Positions 1 through 10,493 are shown, counted from the stretch's first letter. The stretch: DNA of 64,000 nucleotides from Alphaproteobacteria bacterium (GCA_031549365.1 JAVBPX010000001.1:137157-201156); one strand, 5' to 3'. Notes: a model not told the origin generated them from the letters alone. A program made the numbers and translations.

Positions 1-1946
1 GATAATTTCATAGACATATTTGCAATACATGTATTGGCCTGGTTTGCATCTTTTATTTCACTCTCTGAACATCCACTGACGGCACCAACACCAGTTACCC
101 TGTTTGTTGAATAACTGTTAATTGATGACGCTAATTTTGCCAATTGTTTACGCGCCTTGTCCGACACAGTTTTACCAGAAATCAAACTCTTTGATTGCGA
201 CAATTGGTTGTTGAAACAATACATTCTGTCTGTATCAGTTGATTTGATTAAACAATCTTCGGATGAAACCGATCCCGATGCACCGGATGCGGACGCCGTT
301 AAATCTTCGCCGGATTCAACCCTGGCAATTGCTTTTTGTAACTGCATTTGGAAACGCATGGTGGTTGATTCCAAATAATTATATTGGCGCTGCATTTCAC
401 GTGTTAATAATGTAACCTTGGACGCGATCAAACGATTTAATTCGGCCTTGGACGCTTCGTCCGTCACAAACTTCGTATCCAAATCTGCGGAATTATAAAC
501 TGCGGTTGAACATAATGCATAATACGGATTAACAGAACCTTTGATCCAACCTTTGGTTGGATCGAGATCAGATTCCAAAATCCATTGAATTCCCGCTGTT
601 GATATCTTTGCCAAATCCTTGTCCAATTCGATCTGTGTTGATTGACATTTATTCTTCGCCTTTTCTATGTCTGTTTCATTTCCAGCCTTGGCTGTGACGG
701 TTCCATCAACTGCTAAAACTTTGCGTAATTTTGAAATCGACACACCCTGATCATTATCCATAATACCTTCGAAAAAGCCGGAATTCATTGCCGTATCCGA
801 TACACATTTAACAACCGTTTTACCAGTTTTATCGATGCTGGACATAAATTTATCTTCTACTTCTTGGTTATCTGTGAACAAACGCAACAACTGATCGGGC
901 TTACCATCTTCTGTTTGATACAATCCCCAAACTGAACATGAATTGGTCAACATACGATAAATATCATTAACATCAACACCCAATGCCTGGGCTGAAATCA
1001 ATGCTTTGTAAACTTCGCGGCGCGCATTATCATACGGATCAAAAAATGCTTCGGCCTTTTGCTTGAAGGCAGCCACGCGTTTTGGCCCGGTACAATTGTC
1101 CCCGGTTGCGTTACAACCTGCGTATGTAAATGCATCCTGCATTGCTTTACGCACAGTTGCCAATGATGCATTAATATTATCCAATTTTGTTAACAATTCG
1201 CCGGACGGCGTTGCACGCGCCAATAAATCAGATTGCGATACGCTGGTTTGTTGTTGGGCGGCTTGAGCCGCCAATACTTCTTGGACCTGTGATGCGGCTT
1301 GTTGTTGAGCCATCTGAACTTGCTGATTCATTTGTTCCATTTGTTGCTGCATCATGGCCATTTGCTGATTTGTTTGGGCGGATATTGCTGCGGCTTCGGC
1401 CTGTTGTGCTTTGCCTGCGGAATCGGCAGCCAATGCGGCGGCAACCGCACTTGAAATTGTTGGAAATTGTTTACAGCCAAACGCTATACGACCGGATAAC
1501 GATGACATGCAACCATCGGCAATGCCTGTTGCAACCCCGGAATCCCCACAACCACCGGATTTACATTTTGGGGACGCACAACGCAAAACCATTCCATAAC
1601 AATTATTATAATTTACGCCGTCCGCTTCCAAACAGCCCCGAACCATATCGGTGCAACGTTGGGACCCAGCCTTGATAATACCGTTTGCAAATGAATTCAT
1701 ATCCAATGTTGCTGCACATTGATCAAAATATTGATCGCATTGGGATGATGCCGTACGTCCACCGGATGTTCCCGATGTCCACATTGCATTGTTTGCCCCG
1801 CCAAAATTGCTGGACGCTGATGTTAAATTTCCACCGCCACCAAAAATCGCAGGCGCTGGTCCCGTTACCGGGTTCGCAGCATACAACAAAACCGGGCATA
1901 ATAACATCCCACAAAAAACTGCCAATAAACCGGTTTTTTTAACCAT
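1..1946 (-). CDS. Large secreted Cys-rich hypothetical protein, 3'-truncated by the window edge (>647 aa); absent from the ORF track
   Basis: Hand translation from ATG at 1946 (MVKKTGLLAVFCGMLLCPVLLYA|ANPVTG...) is open to position 3 (...DANQANTCIANMSMKL). Purine-rich GAGGATAAGGGACAGGGA lies upstream. Signal peptide, many Cys, Gln/Ala-rich coiled segment. Confidence 0.85.
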   Translation of the reverse strand, partial: MVKKTGLLAVFCGMLLCPVLLYAANPVTGPAPAIFGGGGNLTSASSNFGGANNAMWTSGTSGGRTASSQCDQYFDQCAATLDMNSFANGIIKAGSQRCTDMVRGCLEADGVNYNNCYGMVLRCASPKCKSGGCGDSGVATGIADGCMSSLSGRIAFGCKQFPTISSAVAAALAADSAGKAQQAEAAAISAQTNQQMAMMQQQMEQMNQQVQMAQQQAASQVQEVLAAQAAQQQTSVSQSDLLARATPSGELLTKLDNINASLATVRKAMQDAFTYAGCNATGDNCTGPKRVAAFKQKAEAFFDPYDNARREVYKALISAQALGVDVNDIYRMLTNSCSVWGLYQTEDGKPDQLLRLFTDNQEVEDKFMSSIDKTGKTVVKCVSDTAMNSGFFEGIMDNDQGVSISKLRKVLAVDGTVTAKAGNETDIEKAKNKCQSTQIELDKDLAKISTAGIQWILESDLDPTKGWIKGSVNPYYALCSTAVYNSADLDTKFVTDEASKAELNRLIASKVTLLTREMQRQYNYLESTTMRFQMQLQKAIARVESGEDLTASASGASGSVSSEDCLIKSTDTDRMYCFNNQLSQSKSLISGKTVSDKARKQLAKLASSINSYSTNRVTGVGAVSGCSESEIKDANQANTCIANMSMKL

Positions 1947-2235
1947 TCCCTGTCCCTTATCCTCTTATGCTTAATATTCTATCACATTTTTCATAAACCC
2001 CGCAACCAATATTTGTTATAAAAACATCAAGCCACATGTTAATTTCAGAACAATTAAAAATTGTTTCCAAAATTAACATCAACAACAAAAATTTATGAAC
2101 AAATATGTAAAATTTCATCTGGCCGCTGCCAATCAATTCGCGACCCAAATTGTCATCACTCGGCGGCTATGGGCCCGCGGCAATTTTTACGATTGAAAAA
2201 CCATCCTGGAAAATCAAAGATTTTTTGCATAAAAA

Positions 2236-2277
2236 AATAAAACCCAGGGAAATATTAAATTTTCTCTGGGTTTTATT
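2236..2277 (-). terminator. Intrinsic terminator-like hairpin after thrS
   Basis: AATAAAACCCAGGGAAA...TTTCTCTGGGTTTTATT inverted repeat flanked by A/T tracts. Confidence 0.6.
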
Positions 2278-2310
2278 CGTATAACAACAATAAAATTATT
2301 ATAAAATATT

Positions 2311-4044
2311 TTATATGTCGCTGTGCGGCATTTTAACAGAATGCTTCATTAATTCGACAAAGTCGGACAATGACATTGTTTCTTGTTTTTCCACACCCAA
2401 ACGTCGAATGGTGACAGTTTGGTCGGCTTTTTCCTTTTCCCCAACAATAACTGTGATTGGGGTTTTTGCCAACGCATGTTCACGAATCTTGTAATTAATT
2501 TTTTCATTACGCAAATCGGATTCTGCATAAATGCCGGCTTTTTTCAACAATTTAACAACATCGGACGCATAATCATTAAATATATTGATAATTGGACAAA
2601 CGACAACTGGATTTGGCGACAACCACAATGGCAAATGCCCCGCAGTATTTTCCAACAATATGCCAAAAAACCGTTCGATTGATCCGAATAACGCACGATG
2701 CAACATAATTGGACGATGTTTGTCCCCATCTTCGCCAATGTATGAAATATCAAAACGTTCCGGCAAATTCATATCAACTTGGACCGTTCCACACTGCCAA
2801 TCACGACCGATGGCATCACGCAGAACGAATTCCAATTTTGGCCCATAAAATGCGCCTTCACCCTCGTTAATTTGATATTCAAAGCCGTGTTTGGTCAAAG
2901 CATTTTTCAAAGCATTTTCAGACAAATCCCAAACTTCGTCTGAACCAATTCGATGAATACTGTCCGGCCTGGTTGATAATTTAATTAATACTTTTTCAAA
3001 ACCAAAATCCTTGTAAATATCGATGATCAATTTCGTAGTATCAATAATTTCAGATTCCATCTGATCCGGAGTACAAAAAATATGGGCATCATCCTGGGTA
3101 AATTCGCGAACACGCATCAAACCCATTAATGAACCAGATGCTTCGTAACGATGAACCTTGCCAAATTCAGCCATGCGAATTGGTAAATCGCGATACGATT
3201 TTAAACCCTGTTTGTATACCAACAATCCGCCCGGGCAATTCATTGGCTTGATACAAAACACACGACCGTCTTCGGTTTCGCCGGAATAATTATGCTCACC
3301 ATATTTATCCCAATGGCCCGAAGTTTCCCACAAACAACGATCCATAACGGCTGGCGTTGACACTTCGGAATAATCATTTTGTTCCTGACGCATACGCATA
3401 TATTCAATCAAACGACGGTATACGCGATATCCCAAATTATGCCAAAACACAGAACCAGGCGCATAATCAGGTTCAAAATGAAACAAATCCATTTCGCGTC
3501 CCAATTTGCGATGATCGCGCTTGGCTGCTTCTTCCAACATTTTTAAATGCTGTTCCAATTCTGCATCGGTAGCAAAAGCATCAACATAAATTCGTTGTAA
3601 CATTTTGTTTTTGGAATCACCCTTCCAATATGCGCCTGCAATTTTTTGTAATTTAAACGATTTTGGTAAATCTTTGGAACTTTCAACGTGTGGACCGCGA
3701 CATAAATCAGTAAAATCACGAAATTTATAGATCGAAATTTCACCATCATTTAAATCGTTAATCCATTCCAATTTGTATGGTTCGTTTTTGAAAATTTCCA
3801 ATGCTTCCGGCTTGGATACAATGCTCTTTTCGAAACGACCGTTGGATTTAATTAAATCCCGCATTTCGCGTTCGATTGTTGGAAAATCATCCGGGGTAAA
3901 TACGTGATCTGAATCAAAATCATAATAAAAACCGTTTTCGATGGATGGACCGCCTGCGAATTTGACGCCTGGGTACAATTTTTGAATGGCCGCCGCCATA
4001 ACATGAGCCAGAGAATGGCGAATAACTTCAATTGGATAAGACAT
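2311..4044 (-). CDS. thrS: Threonine--tRNA ligase (short form without N-terminal TGS domain)
   Basis: RHSLAHVMA, DLCRGPH editing motif, RDHRKLG, KPMNCP, GLMRVREFTQDDAH, HRALFGSIERF. Confidence 0.97.
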   Translation of the reverse strand: MSYPIEVIRHSLAHVMAAAIQKLYPGVKFAGGPSIENGFYYDFDSDHVFTPDDFPTIEREMRDLIKSNGRFEKSIVSKPEALEIFKNEPYKLEWINDLNDGEISIYKFRDFTDLCRGPHVESSKDLPKSFKLQKIAGAYWKGDSKNKMLQRIYVDAFATDAELEQHLKMLEEAAKRDHRKLGREMDLFHFEPDYAPGSVFWHNLGYRVYRRLIEYMRMRQEQNDYSEVSTPAVMDRCLWETSGHWDKYGEHNYSGETEDGRVFCIKPMNCPGGLLVYKQGLKSYRDLPIRMAEFGKVHRYEASGSLMGLMRVREFTQDDAHIFCTPDQMESEIIDTTKLIIDIYKDFGFEKVLIKLSTRPDSIHRIGSDEVWDLSENALKNALTKHGFEYQINEGEGAFYGPKLEFVLRDAIGRDWQCGTVQVDMNLPERFDISYIGEDGDKHRPIMLHRALFGSIERFFGILLENTAGHLPLWLSPNPVVVCPIINIFNDYASDVVKLLKKAGIYAESDLRNEKINYKIREHALAKTPITVIVGEKEKADQTVTIRRLGVEKQETMSLSDFVELMKHSVKMPHSDI

Positions 4045-4118
4045 AAAAACAACTCCTGTTTTTCTTTTTTAATTTGCTTGATTATTATAAGTATTGTGCG
4101 AAAAAATCGCAATAGAAA

Positions 4119-4175
4119 TTATAACCCCAACGGGGTTGTAGTTGTTGTAACAAAAAAGTTAAATTTGAATAACAT
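4119..4175 (-). CDS. Thr-rich leader peptide MLFKFNFFVTTTTTPLGL (putative thrS attenuator)
   Basis: 18-codon ORF with five consecutive Thr codons (ACA ACA ACT ACA ACC), ending 74 nt before thrS and overlapping hairpin AACCCC-GTT-GGGGTT. Confidence 0.8.
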   Translation of the reverse strand: MLFKFNFFVTTTTTPLGL

Positions 4176-4181
4176 ATATTT

Positions 4182-4210
4182 ATTATATAAATAACAATTC
4201 CAAAAATCAA
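4182..4210 (-). promoter_or_regulatory. Sigma70 promoter of the thr leader/thrS transcript
   Basis: TTGATT-17 bp-TATAAT, then 6 nt, then the leader ATG. Confidence 0.75.
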
Positions 4211-4303
4211 GAGCAAACGATAATATTACTCTTTTTTATGTCATTACTCGGTACGGATACATAAAACGATTAATAATCGTTTTCTCAGTCCTCATCAGCA
4301 ATA

Positions 4304-4368
4304 ACAATCATTGTAATTAAAAAAATCATCCGGGAAAATCAAAGATTTTCTCCGGATGCAACATCAAT
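4304..4368. repeat. Dispersed palindromic intergenic repeat (REP/terminator-like); other copies at ~2181-2224 and ~50912-50974
   Basis: ACAATCATT...AAAAA(T)CATCCGGGAAAAT-n-ATTTTCnCCGGATGCAACATCAAT shared with 50912-50974; partial copy at 2181. Confidence 0.7.
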
Positions 4369-4385
4369 AAATGATTGAATAAATA

Positions 4386-6389
4386 TTACTTTTTGAATCC
4401 CTGCAACCTCAAAAAGGCATCTTTGGATGGCCCCCGGCCCATAAATGCACGGAATGATTCTGCCATTGGACGGGATCCACCAACGGATAAAATTTCATCC
4501 AAATAATCATAACTACGTTCTGGGCTTTCAATCAAAACACTGGCCACATCGGATGATAATACACGGGACCACAAATAAGAATAATATCCCATTGCGTATC
4601 CGCCGGCAAATATATGACTGAATGCAGTTGGGAAACGTGTCCAATTTGGAGACGGAACAACACCGTATTTTTCTCGAACTCGAAACCATTCATCCATTAT
4701 GTTTATATCACCAGTCTTTGATTCATAAATTTTCATATCAAATATTCCGTATTCCAACTGGCGAACCCAAAATAATCCATTTTGAAAATGCTTGGCCGAA
4801 ATTACCCGATCAACCAACGCTGCTGGGATTTTTTCATGCGTTTTGACATGTTCGCTCATCGCTATTAAAAAGTCGCGATTCCAAACAAATTCTTCCATCA
4901 TTTGGCTCGGCAATTCAACGCCATCCCATTCGACGCTCGTCCCAGACACGTCTAACACATCAATCGTTGTCATAATTTCATGCATCGTGTGACCCATTTC
5001 ATGAAACAGTGTTTCTATTTCACCAATTTTTAATGTTGCTGGATTATCCGATGTTGGCGGGGTAAAATTTGCCACCAAATACGCCATCGGCAACTGAGTC
5101 TTTCCATCAAATACCCGGCGTTTTTGAAAACCGTTTTCCCAAGCACCCGATCTTTTACCATCGCGCGCATATAAATCCACATAGATACCACCAATAACGT
5201 TCCCGTTTTTTACAACTTGGTAATATTTAACATCATCATGCCAAACTGGAACTTTTTTTTGAGCAAACGTAATTCCGTACATTTGGTTCAGCTTTTGAAA
5301 TAATGCGTCAACAACACGATTGGTTGGGAAATATTGCTCGACCTCGGTTTCTGAAAAATCATATTGGGATTTACGCATTTTTTCTGAAACATAATTTGCA
5401 TCCCATGGATCAATTTTATCCATACCCATTTCAGTTCTTGCGTATTTTTGCAAATCTTTCCATTCCGATATCGCAATTGGACGCGCAGATGTCATGACAT
5501 CCATTAACATAGCATCAACCTCGGATACGGATTTTGCCATTTTTGTAACCAGCGCGACTTCGGCGTAATTTTTATACCCTAAAATATTTGCTTTTTCAGC
5601 CCTCAATTTCAAAATTTTCTGCATGTTATTGGTGTTATCAAACGCCTGATTGCCTTGGTCGCTCGCTCTTGTTTGATACGCACGATAAATTTTATATCGC
5701 AAATCTTGGCTGTTCGCATACTTTAAAATGGCCCCAACTTCTGGTGCGGATAATCCAATGCGCCACCCGTCAATGCTGGCCTTTTTGGCGTTATCTGCGA
5801 ATATAGCGACCATATTATCAGGAATGCCTGACAACTCATTAATATCTGATACATTCAATTTAAATTCATCCGTTGATTTTAAAATATTTTCTTCAAATTT
5901 TGATGTTAACACAGATAATTCGGAATTAATCGCGGCCAATTTTTCTTTTTTATCCTTTGGCAAATTAACACCTGATAATTCAAATGCTTGGATTGTCAAA
6001 TCAATTGATCTGCGTTGCGCCGCCGAATATGTCTTGTATTCAGGTCCAAATTTTAATTGTTTAAATAATTCGTACAATTTTTCGTCCTGATTGATTTTCG
6101 TTGAAAAATCACTTAATTCAGGCAATAATTCCTGTTCAGTCGCCCTTAATTCCGACGTACTTTTAACAGATGTTATATGTTCAATTAAACCAAATGAACG
6201 GGAAACCCTGTCGGTTGCTGACATCAAAGGTTCCGCAACATTATTCCAAGTCGGCACAATAACTTGCTTAATTAATACTATTTGTTCACGACCTTGTTTA
6301 ATCGCCAATCTGACCGCGGGCCCCATGTTTTCGGGTGTCACATATGAAAAATTTGGATTATATTTAAAATCAATTAATTCTTTTTGCAT
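4386..6389 (-). CDS. prlC: M3 family oligopeptidase A
   Basis: DLYARDGKRSGAW, LFHEMGH zinc motif, VEWDGVELPSQ, FSHIFAGGYAMGYYSYLWS. Confidence 0.92.
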   Translation of the reverse strand: MQKELIDFKYNPNFSYVTPENMGPAVRLAIKQGREQIVLIKQVIVPTWNNVAEPLMSATDRVSRSFGLIEHITSVKSTSELRATEQELLPELSDFSTKINQDEKLYELFKQLKFGPEYKTYSAAQRRSIDLTIQAFELSGVNLPKDKKEKLAAINSELSVLTSKFEENILKSTDEFKLNVSDINELSGIPDNMVAIFADNAKKASIDGWRIGLSAPEVGAILKYANSQDLRYKIYRAYQTRASDQGNQAFDNTNNMQKILKLRAEKANILGYKNYAEVALVTKMAKSVSEVDAMLMDVMTSARPIAISEWKDLQKYARTEMGMDKIDPWDANYVSEKMRKSQYDFSETEVEQYFPTNRVVDALFQKLNQMYGITFAQKKVPVWHDDVKYYQVVKNGNVIGGIYVDLYARDGKRSGAWENGFQKRRVFDGKTQLPMAYLVANFTPPTSDNPATLKIGEIETLFHEMGHTMHEIMTTIDVLDVSGTSVEWDGVELPSQMMEEFVWNRDFLIAMSEHVKTHEKIPAALVDRVISAKHFQNGLFWVRQLEYGIFDMKIYESKTGDINIMDEWFRVREKYGVVPSPNWTRFPTAFSHIFAGGYAMGYYSYLWSRVLSSDVASVLIESPERSYDYLDEILSVGGSRPMAESFRAFMGRGPSKDAFLRLQGFKK

Positions 6390-6404
6390 ATTCCGCTCCG
6401 TCAG

Positions 6405-7118
6405 TCAATTTAATAAAATGCATCCGTATAAAACGGCAAAGAAATGTAACACCGTTCCACCAATTACAAACAAATGCCAAATTGCGTGTGAAAATTTCAA
6501 CCTGCGCCATAAATAAAATATAACACCAACGGTATATGAAATTCCGCCTAATAAAACAAAAATTAATCCGATTGTTGGGATTTTTGCAATCATTTGTGGC
6601 AATATAAATAACAACGCCCACCCCATTAACAAATATAATCCAACCGTCCATTTTGGTTGTTTGTCTTTGTAATAAAACTTTAATATGGTCCCAAATATCG
6701 CAACAGCCCATAAAATACCGAATACAGTCCAACCGACGGGGCCACGCAAATTCACTAATAAAAACGGGGTATATGTTCCAGCAATCAAAAAATAAATCGC
6801 AATGTTGTCCATCATTTCAAAACAGCGTTCACCCTTTTTCCCAGTGCGCCAATGGCAAAAAGTTGATGCAAAATACATAAATATTGCGGAACTTCCAAAA
6901 ATAACTGTCGATACAATGGCCCATGGATCGCCCTTGATCCCAGCAAACACCGCCAACAATGTTACCGCCGCAATCCCTAAACCTATGCCTATGCCATGTA
7001 TTACGATATTCATAAACTCTTCGGCTTTGGTATGGCCACATTCCCAACGACAATCACCGATTGTTTGTTTATTTTCTTTGATGATTTTTGATTTTATCTT
7101 TCTTATTACCTTTCCCAT
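6405..7118 (-). CDS. Hemolysin III / PAQR family membrane protein
   Basis: EEFMN..IHG, DNIAIYFLIAGTYTPF, HAIWHLFV. Confidence 0.92.
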   Translation of the reverse strand: MGKVIRKIKSKIIKENKQTIGDCRWECGHTKAEEFMNIVIHGIGIGLGIAAVTLLAVFAGIKGDPWAIVSTVIFGSSAIFMYFASTFCHWRTGKKGERCFEMMDNIAIYFLIAGTYTPFLLVNLRGPVGWTVFGILWAVAIFGTILKFYYKDKQPKWTVGLYLLMGWALLFILPQMIAKIPTIGLIFVLLGGISYTVGVIFYLWRRLKFSHAIWHLFVIGGTVLHFFAVLYGCILLN

Positions 7119-7238
7119 ATTTTACTCCTCTGAATTGTTATTACAGCCAATTTATTAGCACTGCAATCTTTGCAATATTATATTATTAATTTCAGGAAAA
7201 TTGAAATTAATACTTAAACAACGTTTCATTAAATATGA

Positions 7239-8909
7239 CTATCCATTGATGATGTTGTTTAACCTGTCAATTACCCGGCTTTTACCCATAACTTGCATAA
7301 TTGAATACAAGTCTGGGGTCATTTTACGTCCCGTTATTGCAACACGCAAAAAAGACGCGACATCTGATACCGTCCCAATGTACTTATCGGGGGCAGCATC
7401 GTATTCCTTTTGATTTTTGGCAAAACCAAACCTTTCACCCAAATCGCGAACGCCGTTGAACCAATCTGATGCGTCCAGCGCATCATCATAATTATCACGA
7501 AACTCGGATAAAACAGATATAATAACTTCATGGTTCAACCCATTGAATTCAGATTCAAATTTTGATTTTGTTAATTTGAATAAATCGTCATAGAAATACG
7601 ATACTTCATCTAAAGTCTGACGCCATGTAACAAAATCTTTTCTGATTCTTTTCGGATTATCGCGTTCAATCGCCAACATATTTTTTAAATAATCCGGGGA
7701 TTTGGCAATTCGTTCCGACCAATCAGCATCATATTTCATGGCAAATTCGTAAACGCTTGCAAACAAATCGTTAATCGACAATGTCGCAATCCATTCACGC
7801 GAAATGCTCTCTAATTTTTTCATATCAAATAATGCGCCTGATGGACTCATCTTTTTTAAATTGATTGGATATGACCACATGTTAATTGATGAATTTTTTA
7901 ATTTCGCATCTTCGTACCCAGATGCTGCAATATTAAACAAATATTCCAAAATTGCCTGAGGAGCAAAACCCTGCTCTAACATTAATGCAATTGATGCTTC
8001 GGGGTCGTGACGTTTTGAAATTTTACGGCGTGATTCGCCATCCATTTTATCAATTGTCCCCAAATGAGCATAAACAGGCACATCCCAACCCATCATTTGA
8101 AATAACGACACGTGCAAAGGCATTGATGACAACCATTCTCCGCCACGAACAACGTGCGTTGTGCGCATTAAATGATCATCAACCAAATGGGCAAAATGAT
8201 ATGTTGGCAAACCATCCGATTTTAAAATAACAATATCCGTGTCGTTTTGCGGAAATGCAATTGATCCGCGGAGAGCGTCCTTACAATAAATTTTTTCATC
8301 ATAATTACCGGTTGAATATAATCTAAAAATTGGTTTTTTCCCGGCGTCCAAACGCGTGATAATTTCATCCTCGGCCAAATTACGATCACGGGCATATTCA
8401 CCGTAAAAGCCGGGCCTCAACCCACTTTTCGTTTGAATGGATGTGATTTTTTCAATATCATCTTCGGCCATAAAACATGGGTATGCCAAACCGCGCTCCA
8501 ATAAATCAGCAACATATGTTTTATAAATTTCAACGCGATGACTTTGGGTATATGGGCCATAATTACCGTGCTCGCCCCCACCCAGTTTTGGGCCCTCGTC
8601 AATCTTTAATCCGAATCTTGATTCAACCTCTAAAATAACATCTATTGAACCTGCGACCGAACGTTTTGTGTCGGTATCTTCGATACGTATAAAAAATACA
8701 CCATTTGATTGATGGGCCAAACGCTCGTTTATCATTAACATATTTAATGAGCCCAAATGCAAAAACCCGGTTGGGGATGGCGCGAAACGCGTAACCATTG
8801 CCCCGTCCAACAATTCTCGCTTTGGATACATTTCTTCCAATTGATTTGGGGTATATTTAACATCCCCTAACAAACGTCCAATTAATGATTTTGATAGGCC
8901 TGATCTCAT
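7239..8909 (-). CDS. gltX: Glutamate--tRNA ligase
   Basis: TRFAPSPTGFLHLG, RIEDTD, PTYHFAHLVDDH, KISKR; start placed at ATG 8909 after AAAGGA. Confidence 0.93.
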   Translation of the reverse strand: MRSGLSKSLIGRLLGDVKYTPNQLEEMYPKRELLDGAMVTRFAPSPTGFLHLGSLNMLMINERLAHQSNGVFFIRIEDTDTKRSVAGSIDVILEVESRFGLKIDEGPKLGGGEHGNYGPYTQSHRVEIYKTYVADLLERGLAYPCFMAEDDIEKITSIQTKSGLRPGFYGEYARDRNLAEDEIITRLDAGKKPIFRLYSTGNYDEKIYCKDALRGSIAFPQNDTDIVILKSDGLPTYHFAHLVDDHLMRTTHVVRGGEWLSSMPLHVSLFQMMGWDVPVYAHLGTIDKMDGESRRKISKRHDPEASIALMLEQGFAPQAILEYLFNIAASGYEDAKLKNSSINMWSYPINLKKMSPSGALFDMKKLESISREWIATLSINDLFASVYEFAMKYDADWSERIAKSPDYLKNMLAIERDNPKRIRKDFVTWRQTLDEVSYFYDDLFKLTKSKFESEFNGLNHEVIISVLSEFRDNYDDALDASDWFNGVRDLGERFGFAKNQKEYDAAPDKYIGTVSDVASFLRVAITGRKMTPDLYSIMQVMGKSRVIDRLNNIING

Positions 8910-9060
8910 ACTTAAATCCTTTTTATAACGGCTTATATTATAATCCCCCTCCCCAATAATGCAAGAGGATTTAACCATCCTGTTAATTCAAGCCCTTGAA
9001 ATATTTTTATTGAACTGTTATAATTCGCCCAATACCAAAGGTATGCATTTGGGGAATAAC

Positions 9061-9726
9061 ATGGCAATAAAAAATATATTTTGGGATGTTGATGGGGTAT
9101 TGGCGGATTTGAATTTCGCATACTTTAATTTTTTGAAAAACCATCCAAAATACCGGGAAACATATAAAAATTTAAAGTGGGACGAGTTACCTAACGTTTT
9201 GCCAATCCAACCAAAATATGGGGCGTTGGAATTAAAAACACATCCAACGATGGGCGATGTTATGGATCATGATTTTTGTGCCGATTTAAACTTTTTCAAT
9301 AACCGTCCATTGTATCCAGACGTTATCCAAACACTTAAAAAATTAAATGACTTGGGCTATCACCAATTTACGATGTCGGCCACTTTTGATGTTGAAACCA
9401 AGAAAAAATTGTTAAATACCCTGCTTGCCGATGTAACTGATTTTTTAACAATTGAATGTGTACAACATGGAAAATTCATGCACGACACGGCCAAGCAAGA
9501 CATGTTGCGCGAATGCTTTGAAAAATATGGTCTGAAACCAGACGAAACAATATTGGTTGATGACCGGATTTATAACCTGGCCGCGGCTATTAATGTTGGG
9601 GCACATCCAATTCGCATGCGTTGCGAATTTACAACGGATGCCCCGGATGATTTGAAATGGGTTCCTGAAATACATAACGTTACTGAATTACATGATTATT
9701 TAATAAAAAATGGGGAAAAACTATGA
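9061..9726 (+). CDS. HAD-superfamily hydrolase
   Basis: FWDVDGVL motif I, ILVDD motif IV; start 9061 after GGGGA; stop overlaps kdsB start. Confidence 0.8.
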   Translation: MAIKNIFWDVDGVLADLNFAYFNFLKNHPKYRETYKNLKWDELPNVLPIQPKYGALELKTHPTMGDVMDHDFCADLNFFNNRPLYPDVIQTLKKLNDLGYHQFTMSATFDVETKKKLLNTLLADVTDFLTIECVQHGKFMHDTAKQDMLRECFEKYGLKPDETILVDDRIYNLAAAINVGAHPIRMRCEFTTDAPDDLKWVPEIHNVTELHDYLIKNGEKL

Positions 9727-10493
9727 AAACAGCCGTAATTATACCAACACGTTTAAAATCAACACGATTACCAAACAAACCATTAATTGATATTAATGGC
9801 AAAACCATGATCCAACATGTTTATGAAAATGTTGCCGCTATTTATGATCGTGATGATATTTATATCGCATCCGGGGACGCTGAAATAATTGATGTTGCGA
9901 ATAAGTTCGGCGCAAAATGCTTGTTAACCGACCCAACTCTGCCATCTGGTACGGATCGAATTGCTGCCGCATTAAAACAAATTGATCCGGACGGTTCCAA
10001 ATACGATGTTATCGTTAATTTTCAGGGCGACGGCATAAACGTTGACCCAAAATTGAATAATGAACTGGTTGCTATAATGCGCGAAACAAATGCAGACATT
10101 GTAACCGTTTGCCAAAAAATCACTGATGCTGATGAAATCCAAAACCCAAATTTGGTTAAAATTGCGATGGGGTTAAGCAATAATGAAACCGTTGGCCGTT
10201 GTTTGTATTTTTCACGCGCCCCAATTCCATTTGACCGCGATTTGGACGGCACTCCCAAGCTTGCCTATTGGCACATAGGCATATATGTTTACAATGCAAA
10301 ATCATTGCAGAGGTTTGTTGAATTACCTGTTGGGATATTGGAAAATACCGAAAAATTGGAACAATTGCGCGCATTGGAAAATGGCATGACAATATACGCT
10401 AAATTGGTTGATGATGTCCGCTTGATTAAACAAGCACCTGCGGATATCAACACCCCGCAAGAATATGCAGAAGCATTAAAGTGGATAAAATAA
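9723..10493 (+). CDS. kdsB: 3-deoxy-manno-octulosonate cytidylyltransferase
   Basis: STRLPNKPL, SGTDRI, NFQGD, LYFSRAPIP, HIGIYVY, EKLEQLRALENG. Confidence 0.93.
   Translation: MKTAVIIPTRLKSTRLPNKPLIDINGKTMIQHVYENVAAIYDRDDIYIASGDAEIIDVANKFGAKCLLTDPTLPSGTDRIAAALKQIDPDGSKYDVIVNFQGDGINVDPKLNNELVAIMRETNADIVTVCQKITDADEIQNPNLVKIAMGLSNNETVGRCLYFSRAPIPFDRDLDGTPKLAYWHIGIYVYNAKSLQRFVELPVGILENTEKLEQLRALENGMTIYAKLVDDVRLIKQAPADINTPQEYAEALKWIK

Noticed and set aside
157-1974. Several + strand ORFs and the short - strand ORF 1723-1914
   Set aside because: They are shadows or alternative frames of the long minus-strand gene 1-1946
4045-4120. T-box riboswitch upstream of thrS
   Set aside because: No T-box consensus and the leader is too short; the Thr-codon uORF explains the region better
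9061-9726. HAD hydrolase as KdsC because it is coupled to kdsB
   Set aside because: It has a cap insertion and lacks the KdsC DGVLTDG and GG.GA.RE motifs; function left open
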